From positions 1 through 58,632 of the forward strand of contig JBDTUN010000311.1 in NCBI GenBank assembly GCA_040007715.1: 58,632 nt of DNA. The letters are read 5' to 3'. Positions within the stretch are counted from its first letter, which is position 1, and every line of letters begins with the position of its first letter. Below the pieces are notes generated by a model. That model was given only the letters and a program-made list of their open reading frames with translations, searched no databases and was not told where the DNA came from. A program made the translations under genes and the position numbers. Of this stretch, positions 9,354 to 18,449 are shown in pieces. This DNA comes from Acidobacteriota bacterium. Lineage in GTDB: Bacteria; Acidobacteriota; Blastocatellia; RBC074.

Positions 9354-10637
9354 ATGGCGGAAGCAACAGCACAACTGGCGACGATGCCTCCGCTTTACCG
9401 GCAAGTGCGTTGGTGGATTCTGGCATTGCTGTTCGGCGTGACGGTGTTGAACTTTGTTGACCGGCAGGCGCTGGCGGTGTTGGGCAACGACATCACCAAA
9501 GAGTTCAATCTGTCGAATACGGCTTTCGGCACAATCGGCGCGGTTTTTCGCGCGGGAATGATGGTTGGCGAATTCCCGATGGGCATGCTGATGGATCGCA
9601 TTGGCGTGCGCGCGGGGCTGGCATTTGCCGTGTTGTGGTGGTCGCTGGGGAATGGACTGCATTCGATTGCGACTTCGATCCGGCAGTTTTATGTCTTTCG
9701 ATTCTGGCTGGGGACGGGCGAATGCGGAAACTATTCGGGCGGCAACAAGATCGTCGCCAGTTGGTTTCCGGTGCGCGAACGGGCCTTTGCCATCGGAGTA
9801 TTTAACAGCGCTTCGATGCTGGGCGCATTCATCGCCGCGTATTTGATCATCCCGATTCGCGAAGCCTACGGCTGGCGAATGGGCTTTCTGGTGCCGAGCG
9901 CGCTGGGAATTATCTGGGCGGCGGCGTGGTGGTTGATTTACCGCCAGCCCAAAGATCATCCGAAATTGACCGAAGCCGAAAGGCAATATATCAACAGCGG
10001 CATTGAACCGGTTGTGAACGAACCCGCGCCAACCAATCGGCAGTTGCTGCGGCTACCGCAAACGTGGGGTTTGATGCTGTGCCGGTTCTGGGTAGGCGCG
10101 GTGGTGGATTTTTACTTGCTGTGGATGCCGAAGTATTTCCACGACGTGCGCGGGCTGAGCGTGAAAGACAGTGCTTACTTCAACTCCTTCACGTTCATCT
10201 TCGGCGACATCGGCAGCATTGGCGGCGGCATCGCGGCGGCTTGGTTGTTGAAAAAAGGGCTGGAAGTGAGGTCGGCTCGGCGCTCGACGCTGTTGTTTGG
10301 CGCGGCGCTTTGTTTGCTCAGTTTCGTTGTGCCGTTGACCGGCAGCATCCCGATGGCAATCGGGCTGATTTCGCTGGTGCTGCTGGGCCACACTTTTTTA
10401 TCGGCGAATATGTTCGCTTCGATTTCGGACGTGTTTCCGAACTCTGCCGTCGCGCGCGTGACTGGCCTGACTGGGGTCGCTAACGGCGTCAGCGGACTGA
10501 TCTTCCCGATTGTCACTGGCGTGATTGTGGATCGTTTTTCTTATCTGCCGGTCTTTTTTATGGCGGGCGTGATGCCGCTGCTGGGCGTGTTGCTGGCGCT
10601 GTGGACGCTGAAGGATTACCGGCGTGTTCAGTTGTGA
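9354..10637 (+). CDS. MFS transporter (hexuronate/anionic sugar transporter-like)
   Basis: 427 aa with about 12 predicted hydrophobic segments and an MFS motif region ([11 protein letters not shown]). Confidence 0.85.
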   Translation: MAEATAQLATMPPLYRQVRWWILALLFGVTVLNFVDRQALAVLGNDITKEFNLSNTAFGTIGAVFRAGMMVGEFPMGMLMDRIGVRAGLAFAVLWWSLGNGLHSIATSIRQFYVFRFWLGTGECGNYSGGNKIVASWFPVRERAFAIGVFNSASMLGAFIAAYLIIPIREAYGWRMGFLVPSALGIIWAAAWWLIYRQPKDHPKLTEAERQYINSGIEPVVNEPAPTNRQLLRLPQTWGLMLCRFWVGAVVDFYLLWMPKYFHDVRGLSVKDSAYFNSFTFIFGDIGSIGGGIAAAWLLKKGLEVRSARRSTLLFGAALCLLSFVVPLTGSIPMAIGLISLVLLGHTFLSANMFASISDVFPNSAVARVTGLTGVANGVSGLIFPIVTGVIVDRFSYLPVFFMAGVMPLLGVLLALWTLKDYRRVQL

Positions 10638-10650
10638 CGAAGGATCATAA

Positions 10651-11088
10651 ATGAATCAGCCAGACGAAGAATTGGACAGAGGCGAAGTGCTCAAGCAATT
10701 GCTTGGAACAGGCAATTGCTTAGCAGCGGAGCAATTCGCTCACAGTGTAGAGGCCGGTTGGCAAAGAGGCGAATCATTAGGTGAGGTTGCCAGAGCTTTG
10801 GCATCGGCTGGCGAATCGGATCAAGCGTGCAGAGTTTGGGAGGAGGCAATCGCGACAGCACGAAAAGGCGAGGACGAGGGTGACGTGCAGGACAGCATGG
10901 ATAGTTCAAGCGTTTTGTGGGAGATCGCGGAAGACTTGGCATTAGTTGGAGAACAGGAGCGTGCCAACGAAGTTGCTAATGCAATTAAAAATGACTGGAA
11001 GAGACAGAAGGCATTGCAAGGCCTTAAGGACATCGAAGGCGGTGGAAAAGGCTCTTTCTACAAAATACATAACCATGAATCTCTCTAG
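10651..11088 (+). CDS. Hypothetical protein (helical-repeat-like, acidic)
   Basis: 145-aa ORF with an AAGGA SD. Its composition is visibly more AT-rich than its neighbours. I recognised no family. Confidence 0.5.
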   Translation: MNQPDEELDRGEVLKQLLGTGNCLAAEQFAHSVEAGWQRGESLGEVARALASAGESDQACRVWEEAIATARKGEDEGDVQDSMDSSSVLWEIAEDLALVGEQERANEVANAIKNDWKRQKALQGLKDIEGGGKGSFYKIHNHESL

Positions 11089-11105
11089 ACTTGAGATAAA
11101 CCACT

Positions 11106-12071
11106 ATGCCAGACATTTTAATTACCGAAAATATTATCGGTGAAGAGATGGACAAACTGCGCCAACGCTTCGACGCCGTCTTTGAACGGGAATTATGGAA
11201 AGAGCCAAACAAGTTGCAGGCGATGATTCCGAATTTCCGTGCTTTGGTTGCGCGCAATCAAACGCAGATTACGCGCGAATTGATCGAAGCCGGAACGCGA
11301 TTGGAAGTTATCGCGCGCGCTGGCGTCGGGATGGACAACGTGGATTTGGAAGCGGCTTCGCGCGCTGGGATCGTCGTCGCCTGGACGCCGGAGCAAAATT
11401 CAAATTCCGTCGCTGAATTGACGATTGGGCTGATGCTCAGTCTGGCGCGGATGATTCCTGACGCTGATGTTGACACCAAAAAGGGCGGCTGGAATCGGTG
11501 GAAATACATCGGCGTGGAACTGTCGGGCAAGACGCTCGGCATTGTTGGGTTGGGGCGCATCGGCAGTCTGACAGCGGCGAAAGCGCGCGCCTTGGGCATG
11601 GAGGTTCTCGCCTGCGATCCTTATGTTGATCCCGAAAGCTTGCGCGCGATGGAAGTGCGCGCGCGGCTGACCAGTCTTGACGAAGTTCTTTCACTATCCG
11701 ATTTCGTCTCGCTTCACGTGCCGGAGACGGACGAAACGCGCGGAATGTTCGGCGACGAACAATTTCGCCGGATGAAGCCGGGCGCTTATTTCATCAACGC
11801 TGCTCGCGGCGGCGTGGTTAGGGAGGACGATTTGCTATGCGCTTTGCAGGAAAAGCGCATAGCGGGCGCGGCGTTGGATGTCCGACAGCAGGAACCCGGC
11901 GTGCCGAGCGCTTTTGATGACATGGCCAACGTCATTTTGCTGCCGCACATCGGCGCACAAACGCAGGAAGCACAACGCCGAGTAGTCACCGCCGTTTGCC
12001 GCGATGTGACTGCTATTTTGAACGGCGGAGAAGCAAAGCACTTCGCGAATTTTAGCAGGCCACGGCGATAA
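11106..12071 (+). CDS. D-isomer-specific 2-hydroxyacid dehydrogenase (phosphoglycerate dehydrogenase-like, no ACT domain)
   Basis: 321 aa. The NAD-binding motif is GIVGLGRIGS. The catalytic-domain blocks ARAGVGMDNVD and LLPHIGAQT are present. Confidence 0.85.
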   Translation: MPDILITENIIGEEMDKLRQRFDAVFERELWKEPNKLQAMIPNFRALVARNQTQITRELIEAGTRLEVIARAGVGMDNVDLEAASRAGIVVAWTPEQNSNSVAELTIGLMLSLARMIPDADVDTKKGGWNRWKYIGVELSGKTLGIVGLGRIGSLTAAKARALGMEVLACDPYVDPESLRAMEVRARLTSLDEVLSLSDFVSLHVPETDETRGMFGDEQFRRMKPGAYFINAARGGVVREDDLLCALQEKRIAGAALDVRQQEPGVPSAFDDMANVILLPHIGAQTQEAQRRVVTAVCRDVTAILNGGEAKHFANFSRPRR

Positions 12072-12116
12072 CGTTCGCTGTCACAGGCAACGGCGTTCAA
12101 GCTTGAAGTCAAAATC

Positions 12117-12156
12117 AAAACCGCCGGGAAGACTTTCGTGATCTCCCGGCGGTTTT
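12117..12156. terminator. Bidirectional intrinsic terminator between the dehydrogenase gene and rpmB
   Basis: AAAA, then CCGCCGGGA (12121-12129), a loop, then TCCCGGCGG (12144-12152), then TTTT. It lies between convergent genes. Confidence 0.6.
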
Positions 12157-12190
12157 GCTTTGGGTTTGAATCTTGGTATAGGTTTTGGCC

Positions 12191-12427
12191 TCAAACTTTC
12201 TCGCCGTTAGCGCGAATATCGGCCAGCACTTTTTCGATCCCGTGCTTATCAACTGTCTTGATCCCGCGCGCTGAGACGCGCAGACGCACCCAGCGTTTTT
12301 CGCTCGGAATCCAGAACCGGTGCCACTGCAAGTTCGGCTCGAAGCGGCGCTTCGTTCGGTTGTTCGCGTGGGAGACGTTGTTGCCCGACATCGGTTTCTT
12401 GCCGGTCACCTGACATCTTTTAGCCAT
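12191..12427 (-). CDS. rpmB: 50S ribosomal protein L28
   Basis: An internal ATG at 12427 is preceded by GGAGGAG. The 78-aa product [34 protein letters not shown]... carries the canonical L28 N-terminus. The 115-aa track ORF over-extends it. Confidence 0.9.
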   Translation of the reverse strand: MAKRCQVTGKKPMSGNNVSHANNRTKRRFEPNLQWHRFWIPSEKRWVRLRVSARGIKTVDKHGIEKVLADIRANGEKV

Positions 12428-12634
12428 TGAATACTCCTCCTGGTGAAAAAATTGCGTATGATTGAAGGGCGGGAAGATAACACACGGACGCCGGAAAAGG
12501 CTAACGATCCGGGCGGGTTTTGGGATTTTATGCGGCAAAACCTTTGGCGGCCCATTGAGCAGCTTGACAGTTTCAGAAGGGAAATGTTTGATAGTGGCTG
12601 TCTGGAAAATTTTGCCCGCGACTGCTGATGACTA

Positions 12635-13279
12635 ATGATAAAACGGGGCCGCTTCCTCCTGCTTCTGCTGCTGATTTCCGCTGTTGTAGCCTTCGGTTAC
12701 ATACATTTCCAGGTTCACAGCTACGATAATCAGATCATCACCAACATCAACGAACTCGACACGAATGGTTGGGGGCGTCCGCGCGTGGCCATTGTGTTCG
12801 GCGCAAGCGTGTACGGCAATGGCGATCTTTCCCCGGTTCTGGAAGACCGCGTGGACACGGCAATAGAGCTTTACCGCGCGCGCAAAGTGGATCGCATCCT
12901 GGTTTCCGGCGACAACCGCCACCCAAGTTACAATGAGCCGAAGGCCATGCAGGAATATCTGGTCACGCATGCGGTTGCGGCGAAAGATGTGGTGGTGGAT
13001 TACGCCGGACGCTCGACATATGAAACCTGTCTGCGCGCGAAAGAAATATTTGGATTGCAGCGCGCCGTGCTGGTTTCGCAGCGCTATCACTTGCCGCGAG
13101 CTCTCTACATTGCCAATCAATTGGGACTTGATGCTGTTGGGATGGCCGGTGATTTACGGACAAAGAGCAAGGTTGATTACCAGAGCGTTCGTGAGTGGGC
13201 GGCAGAGGTGAAGGCTTATCTGAATCTGAAGTATTTTCCGCCTGATGCGCTGCTGGGACAGAAAGAACCGATTCGATGA
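12635..13279 (+). CDS. SanA/YdcF (DUF218) family protein
   Basis: 214 aa with an N-terminal TM segment. The DUF218-type blocks VFGASVYGNG...DRILVSGDN...VSQRYHLPRA are present. Confidence 0.8.
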   Translation: MIKRGRFLLLLLLISAVVAFGYIHFQVHSYDNQIITNINELDTNGWGRPRVAIVFGASVYGNGDLSPVLEDRVDTAIELYRARKVDRILVSGDNRHPSYNEPKAMQEYLVTHAVAAKDVVVDYAGRSTYETCLRAKEIFGLQRAVLVSQRYHLPRALYIANQLGLDAVGMAGDLRTKSKVDYQSVREWAAEVKAYLNLKYFPPDALLGQKEPIR

Positions 13280-13290
13280 CACCAGGTTTC

Positions 13291-13319
13291 TTGACGGATT
13301 CACCGGGCTTGCGCATAAT
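13291..13319 (+). promoter_or_regulatory. Sigma70-like promoter for the phe leader transcript
   Basis: TTGACG (13291-13296), a 17-nt spacer, then CATAAT (13314-13319). The first ATG downstream is the leader ORF start at 13362. Confidence 0.5.
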
Positions 13320-13361
13320 GCCGCCCGTCATAAATCTTCTTTATCAAATCTTCAAAACGAT

Positions 13362-13523
13362 ATGGCACTTTGGCTGACTACAACGCAGGCACTCAATCGC
13401 GGCACTGAAAGCTTTGCAGCGCGTGTGGCGAATTGGTTTGCCTGGCCTTTCTCCTTTGGGTTTGGCTTCTATTTTTATTTTTACTTTAGCCGCTCCAGAG
13501 GGGTTGGGAGTTCGTTAGCCTGA
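13362..13523 (+). CDS. Aromatic-amino-acid-rich leader peptide (53 aa) of the pheA-DAHP synthase operon
   Basis: MALWLTTTQALNRGTESFAARVANWFAWPFSFGFGFYFYFYFSRSRGVGSSLA. Codons 25-42 (13434-13487) include 8 Phe, 3 Tyr and 2 Trp. The start is uncertain; an in-frame GTG at 13425 is possible. Confidence 0.6.
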   Translation: MALWLTTTQALNRGTESFAARVANWFAWPFSFGFGFYFYFYFSRSRGVGSSLA

Positions 13524-13547
13524 AGCAAACGGAACACCTGAAAACAT

Positions 13548-13592
13548 AAGGCCCCTCGTTCAACACTCGAACGAGGGGCCTTTCGGTTTTTT
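13548..13592 (+). terminator. Intrinsic terminator (attenuator) ending at the pheA start codon
   Basis: A 14-bp stem pairs AAGGCCCCTCGTTC (13548-13561) with GAACGAGGGGCCTT (13569-13582) around a 7-nt loop. Downstream the sequence reads TTTCGGTTTTTT from 13581, and its first two Ts are the last two stem bases. The pheA ATG is at 13593. Confidence 0.8.
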
Positions 13593-14453
13593 ATGAACAC
13601 AGAAAAGAAAAATCCACGAGTCGCTTTTCAAGGGGAACTAGGCGCGTTCAGCAGTCAGGCTGCGCGCAAACTGCTCGGCGATGGAATCACGCTGGCGCCG
13701 TGCGAGACATTCGACCAGATGTTCGCGTCGGTCGAAAACGGCCAGAGCGATTACTGTCTGGCGCCGATGGAAAACTCGCTTTTCGGTTCGGTCTATCAAA
13801 ACTACGACCTGCTGCTCAAACACAACCTGACGATTGTCGGCGAAATCAGCCTGCGGATAGTCCACAACCTGATCGCGCCGCCCGGGGTGAAGCTGGAAGC
13901 GGTCGAGCGGGTCTACTCGCATCCGGTGGCGCTGGCACAGTGCCAGAAGTTTTTAGCCTCACATCCTGCAATGAAGTCCGTGGAAGCCTACGACACGGCG
14001 GGCAGCGTCAAAATGTTGATGGAGAGTCGCGAAGCCGGAGCCGCCGCGATTGCCAGCGCCGCCGCCGCTGAAGTTTATGGCGCGCAAATTTTAGCCGCAG
14101 GCATTGAGGACGATCAACAGAACTTCACACGCTTCTTGCTGCTCGCGCGCGCGGCCGAGGCAAGCAAGCCGTCGCCTGAAGCCGATAAAACTTCAATTGT
14201 CTTTGCGCTGGAACACCGCACGGGCGCGCTCTTTCGCGCAATGGCAGTGCTGGCGCTGCGCGAGATTGATCTGATGAAGATCGAGTCGCGGCCACTCATT
14301 GGCCGTCCGTGGGAATACAGTTTCTACGTGGACTTTATTGGCAACACCGCCGAACCACGCGTGCAAAATGCGCTGGCGCATCTGGCGGAGTTTGCGACGA
14401 ACGTCAAAGTTCTGGGATGTTATCGGCGAGCGCCGAAAAACACTGACGGGTGA
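13593..14453 (+). CDS. pheA: Prephenate dehydratase with a C-terminal ACT domain
   Basis: 286 aa. It shows VAFQGELGAFS, the CLAPMENSLFGSV block and the TRFLLL motif, plus an ACT domain with ESRP (KIESRPL). Confidence 0.9.
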   Translation: MNTEKKNPRVAFQGELGAFSSQAARKLLGDGITLAPCETFDQMFASVENGQSDYCLAPMENSLFGSVYQNYDLLLKHNLTIVGEISLRIVHNLIAPPGVKLEAVERVYSHPVALAQCQKFLASHPAMKSVEAYDTAGSVKMLMESREAGAAAIASAAAAEVYGAQILAAGIEDDQQNFTRFLLLARAAEASKPSPEADKTSIVFALEHRTGALFRAMAVLALREIDLMKIESRPLIGRPWEYSFYVDFIGNTAEPRVQNALAHLAEFATNVKVLGCYRRAPKNTDG

Positions 14454-14522
14454 CAAGCAGAAAACTTGATCGCTCACTTCAAACTCAAACACCAAACCAA
14501 ACCTTTCAGGAGCATTTGAACA

Positions 14523-15542
14523 ATGATTATCGCTATGCAATCAGGAGCCACAGATGAACAGATTGATCATATTTGCGACCGCGTGCGCGAGTACGGCTAT
14601 GCGCCGCACGTGATTCGCGGCGCGGAACGCACAGTCGTCGCAGCCGTTGGGCCGGGGGACAAGAAAGAGCACATCGAGTCGCTTAAATCCGCCGATGGCG
14701 TCGAAGATGCTTTTCCGATCTTGCAGCCATTCAAACTGGTCAGCAAAGAGGTCAAAAAGCAAAAGTCGGTTATTAAGATCGGGAATGTCAGTATTGGTGA
14801 TGGCGGATTTGTGGTGATGGCCGGCCCTTGTTCGGTCGAAGGCCGCGAGCAGTTACTGACAACCGCCGTATCAGTCGCCAAATCCGGCGCGCATCTTCTG
14901 CGCGGTGGCGCTTACAAACCGCGCACATCGCCTTACGATTTTCAGGGAATGGCCGAAGATGGCTTGAAACTGTTGGCCGAAGCGCGCGAACTTACGGGTC
15001 TGGCCGTCATTACTGAAGTGCTGGATACAGGTGACGTTGACATCGTGGCTGAATACGCAGACGTGCTGCAGGTTGGCACGCGCAACATGCAGAACTTCGC
15101 GCTGCTCAAAAAACTGGGCGAAATCAAAAAGCCTGTCATGCTCAAACGCGGATTGTCGGCGACGATCAAAGAATTCCTGCTTTCGGCGGAATACATCGTC
15201 ACGCACGGCAACCCGAACGTGATGCTGTGTGAACGTGGCATCCGCACATTCGAGACGGCAACGCGCAACACGCTCGACTTGGCAGCGGTACCACTTTTGG
15301 GTGAACTGACTCACTTGCCTGTGATTGTTGATCCCAGCCACGCCACTGGTAAACGCAGTTTGGTGCGTCCTCTGGCAAAAGCGTCAGTCGCTGTCGGCGC
15401 GGATGGGTTGATGGCCGAAGTGCATCCGAAGCCGGAAGAAGCCTGGTCAGATGGACCACAGTCACTGCGGCTGGAAGAATTCTCGCAATTGATGCGCGAA
15501 ATCGAACCTTACATCAACTTGCGCAAGAGCGAGTCGAATTGA
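14523..15542 (+). CDS. aroF: 3-deoxy-7-phosphoheptulonate (DAHP) synthase, class I-beta, with an N-terminal ferredoxin-like regulatory domain
   Basis: 339 aa. An N-terminal domain of about 70 aa is followed by VMAGPCSVE...[17 protein letters not shown]...DPSH, as in Thermotoga-type DAHPS/KDO8PS-family enzymes. Confidence 0.9.
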   Translation: MIIAMQSGATDEQIDHICDRVREYGYAPHVIRGAERTVVAAVGPGDKKEHIESLKSADGVEDAFPILQPFKLVSKEVKKQKSVIKIGNVSIGDGGFVVMAGPCSVEGREQLLTTAVSVAKSGAHLLRGGAYKPRTSPYDFQGMAEDGLKLLAEARELTGLAVITEVLDTGDVDIVAEYADVLQVGTRNMQNFALLKKLGEIKKPVMLKRGLSATIKEFLLSAEYIVTHGNPNVMLCERGIRTFETATRNTLDLAAVPLLGELTHLPVIVDPSHATGKRSLVRPLAKASVAVGADGLMAEVHPKPEEAWSDGPQSLRLEEFSQLMREIEPYINLRKSESN

Positions 15543-15786
15543 TCCGGCGCGATCTCCGGGCAGCTTGTGGCGCGAGCTTTTGAACTCAAGCCACAAGCCG
15601 TCCATACACCTACTAATTGACTCCTTGCCCATCTCCATCCCTGCGTGACACAATGATCGCGCTTCAAAGAAACGCGGACTCCTCCTCCTTCTGACAATAA
15701 AATATTGATTGATTGTTCTTGTTGCCTTCGTTGGTTCCAGTGGGTTTGAAACAGATTTGAGGGATTATTTACGTGTCGAATGGGTG

Positions 15787-16047
15787 ATGCTGATTATGCG
15801 AGTAAAGAAAACAGCTCTGATTATTTGCAATGATGGCAAAGAGTATTGGATTACACAGAAGCAGTTCTGGAATATGGTGCGAGAAAGAGTGGTTGAACAA
15901 ACGGGCGATCAACCGCTGCAAGGAAAATTTCGCGGGCGCGATGATCAGCTTTTGATCACGCTGAATCACACTGTGCTCAACCAGGCAACGCCGATTCATA
16001 CAGGTGAGTTCTTGCAGAACTCCCGGCTTAAAAAGAGCCGCCGTTGA
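15787..16047 (+). CDS. Hypothetical small protein
   Basis: Internal ATG of the 112-aa track ORF; the start is uncertain (15709, 15787 or 15796). The region is AT-richer. I recognised no family. Confidence 0.35.
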   Translation: MLIMRVKKTALIICNDGKEYWITQKQFWNMVRERVVEQTGDQPLQGKFRGRDDQLLITLNHTVLNQATPIHTGEFLQNSRLKKSRR

Positions 16048-16233
16048 GCGTTGCCAGTGAGGGAAGGTGGAATTGCGATTTTCTCCAAGCTCCTTCGGGA
16101 ACTTTTTTCTTCTGGTTGCGTGTCAGTGCCAGCTAGTGTGAGGAAGGCCTAAACAAATACGAGCACTACAACACTCGCAAGTAGGTCTTAATAATCGCAT
16201 CGCATAGAGTGGCTATTCGCCAATACACGAACG

Positions 16234-16268
16234 GGGAACCGATGACTTGTGAGGGGACATCGGTTCCC
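16234..16268. terminator. Hairpin between convergent genes (probable bidirectional terminator)
   Basis: GGGAACCGATG (16234-16244) pairs with CATCGGTTCCC (16258-16268), followed by TTTCGTGTTTT on the + strand. Confidence 0.45.
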
Positions 16269-16310
16269 TTTCGTGTTTTCTGGCATCGAATATTTCTCGC
16301 AATTCTGATT

Positions 16311-17081
16311 TCAGCCGCAAAGCACCGAGCCGCCGTTGACGTTCAAAATCTCTCCGGTGATGTGACGCGCCATGTCGGAAGCCAGAAACAGAATTGAGTA
16401 AGCCACATCTTCAGACGATGCCACGCGCCCAAGCGGGATGGCAGCGTTGACCTGTTGGCGCTTCTCTTCGCTGACGCGCAAGGCCGAAGCAGCCATCTCG
16501 GTATCAATCCACCCCGGCGCGACACAGTTCACACGTACATTGAACCGACCCAACTCAGCAGCGAGTGATTTGGTGAAGCTGATGCACGCGCCTTTCGATG
16601 CGGCGTAATCAGAATGGAAAGCTTCGCCGCGCTGACCGGCGGTTGAACTGATGATGACGATGTTGCCGCTTTGTTGGCCGGTTAAGATGCGGGCCGCTTC
16701 GCGGCAGACGTAAAAGACGCCGTTGACGTTAATCCGCATCGTCTCGCCCCACTGGGCGTCGTCAAGCTCGGTGATGGCGCGGTCTTCGGCGGGCCACACG
16801 CCTGCATTTGCCACGACTATATCGAGCCTCTCAAAACGATCCATTGTTTGCCGAACCAGCGACTGTGCCTGGTCAGAGTGCGAAACGTCGGCCTGAACGA
16901 GCAAGGCTTTCGCGCCCGCACGCTCGACTGCTTCGGCTACAGTCAAGGCCGCGTCGCGATTCGCTCGATAATTGATGACTACACCTGCCGCGCCCGCTTC
17001 TGCGAATTTGATTGCCGTTGCCGCGCCTACGCCGCGCGATGCCCCGGTGATCAAGGCGATTTGATTCTTGAAACAGAGCAT
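16311..17081 (-). CDS. SDR family oxidoreductase (FabG-like)
   Basis: Internal ATG at 17081 gives 256 aa: MLCFKNQIALITGASRGVGAA (TGxxxGxG), then NAG and the YAASKGA catalytic motif. Confidence 0.85.
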   Translation of the reverse strand: MLCFKNQIALITGASRGVGAATAIKFAEAGAAGVVINYRANRDAALTVAEAVERAGAKALLVQADVSHSDQAQSLVRQTMDRFERLDIVVANAGVWPAEDRAITELDDAQWGETMRINVNGVFYVCREAARILTGQQSGNIVIISSTAGQRGEAFHSDYAASKGACISFTKSLAAELGRFNVRVNCVAPGWIDTEMAASALRVSEEKRQQVNAAIPLGRVASSEDVAYSILFLASDMARHITGEILNVNGGSVLCG

Positions 17082-17206
17082 TGCGAATCCCCGTAAAGTT
17101 GTTACCTTGTTTCCCCAAAGAAAGGTTAATTGAGAGCGTTGGGACGCGGTGCTACACTGCGCCCCCATTCACGACAACATCACGCCAACCATCAGGAGAG
17201 AGCGAA

Positions 17207-17689
17207 ATGTTTTGCCCAAACTGCGGAACCGAAAATGCGAAGAGCCAGAAATTTTGTACCCGCTGCGGCACGAACCTGCTGGCGATTGACCGCGCGCGCG
17301 AGATCGTCAGCGAGATGACCGGCAGCGCCCCTGTTTCCCAAGTCTCGCCTAACCTCGTGTTCATCACGGCGGCGTTAATTAGCATCATTGGAATCATTGT
17401 CATTGCGGTTGGAACGACGGAGTTAGCCCAAAGACCGGACAGAGGGCCTGAGCCGATTATCTTCTGCCTGGTTGGTTTTGCGACGCTAGTGCTAATCTGC
17501 CGTTACTTGATTAGCTTGATTAAGCCCGCAAGCAAGTCCTCAACGAAAGCAATCATCTCGCCTGCGCCGCCAGTCTTCATACCAACCAGCACGACTAACC
17601 GCTCCTTAAATGAAGCGCCTGCGCCATACCAAAGCATCGTCGAAGATTCGACGCGGCAATTAGAAGGCGACCGCCGCTCGAATTCATAG
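17207..17689 (+). CDS. Zinc-ribbon domain membrane protein
   Basis: ATG at 17207 follows an AGGAGAG SD. MFCPNCGTENAKSQKFCTRCGTNL carries CxxC...CxxC. It is followed by two hydrophobic segments and a low-complexity tail. 160 aa. Confidence 0.6.
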   Translation: MFCPNCGTENAKSQKFCTRCGTNLLAIDRAREIVSEMTGSAPVSQVSPNLVFITAALISIIGIIVIAVGTTELAQRPDRGPEPIIFCLVGFATLVLICRYLISLIKPASKSSTKAIISPAPPVFIPTSTTNRSLNEAPAPYQSIVEDSTRQLEGDRRSNS

Positions 17690-17701
17690 CCTTGGGTTTG
17701 G

Positions 17702-18163
17702 TCATTGCGAATTGGGTCTAGGAGTAGGCGTCACTGTTGGTTTTGCAGTGGGCTGAATCTCACTCTTTGAAGACGGTTCTTCGGTCTTTGGTTTTGCAGC
17801 GGGCACAGTTTCGGTGGCAGATTTGCCCGGCGCTTCCGACGGCGATTGAGAAGAAGGGTTTGCCGCACGGCGCTTGGACGAATGTCCGGGCAGAGCCGGC
17901 CCCGATTTGACAGAAGGCGAAACTTCCGCCGAAGGGTTGACGCTATTCAACAACTCTTTCCACTTGATGGCTCTTCCCAACACAATGCCGCCGCCAATCA
18001 AAAGCAGAATCAGGAATAGATCAAGCAGTCGCCTGCCGGCTCGTTCAAGTCCCCCGCCGTTCGCCTTCGCGCCTTCCGGTATATAGCCATAAACCGAGGC
18101 GTGGCAGTTGGGACAGTAAAAGTGGCTATCAGGAACATTCGTCTGACACTTCGGACAACGCAT
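17702..18163 (-). CDS. Zinc-ribbon domain membrane protein with a Pro/Ser/Thr/Lys-rich tail
   Basis: Internal ATG at 18163 gives MRCPKCQTNVPDSHFYCPNCHASV, one TM segment (LLDLFLILLLIGGGIVLG) and a low-complexity tail. 153 aa. Confidence 0.6.
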   Translation of the reverse strand: MRCPKCQTNVPDSHFYCPNCHASVYGYIPEGAKANGGGLERAGRRLLDLFLILLLIGGGIVLGRAIKWKELLNSVNPSAEVSPSVKSGPALPGHSSKRRAANPSSQSPSEAPGKSATETVPAAKPKTEEPSSKSEIQPTAKPTVTPTPRPNSQ

Positions 18164-18449
18164 AAAACTTCCACCTAAAGGCTTTCGGATAATTGCAAGA
18201 ACAGCGATTTTCAAAGGATGAATGGAGTCAGGGGAGAACAAGCATTGCAACTGATTGATTGAGGCAATTAACCAATCTGTTAGTCAACCTGAGTAATCGG
18301 GGCGCATCATCGCATATCAAGAGAGCCATGAAAAGCTGGCTGGAGCCGCTTTTAGCCAACCCATTTAACCTTCACAATATTTTCCCAATGGGATACAACT
18401 CGCAGGTCGGGTCTTACCCCGATCACAAATCAACAATGTAGGAGATAGA

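Noticed and set aside
8772-9986. A 404-aa minus-strand ORF spanning the junction of the threonine-synthase-like and MFS genes
   Set aside because: It overlaps two well-supported plus-strand genes. The translation is dominated by R, H, Q and P with no motif. It is a shadow ORF.
12138-12413. A 91-aa plus-strand ORF opposite rpmB
   Set aside because: It is antisense to the unmistakable L28 gene and begins inside a terminator hairpin.
13245-13523. A 92-aa ORF read as an ordinary protein gene
   Set aside because: Its 5' part overlaps the SanA-like coding end and lies upstream of the predicted promoter. Only the segment from the ATG at 13362 makes sense, as an aromatic-rich leader peptide followed by a terminator.
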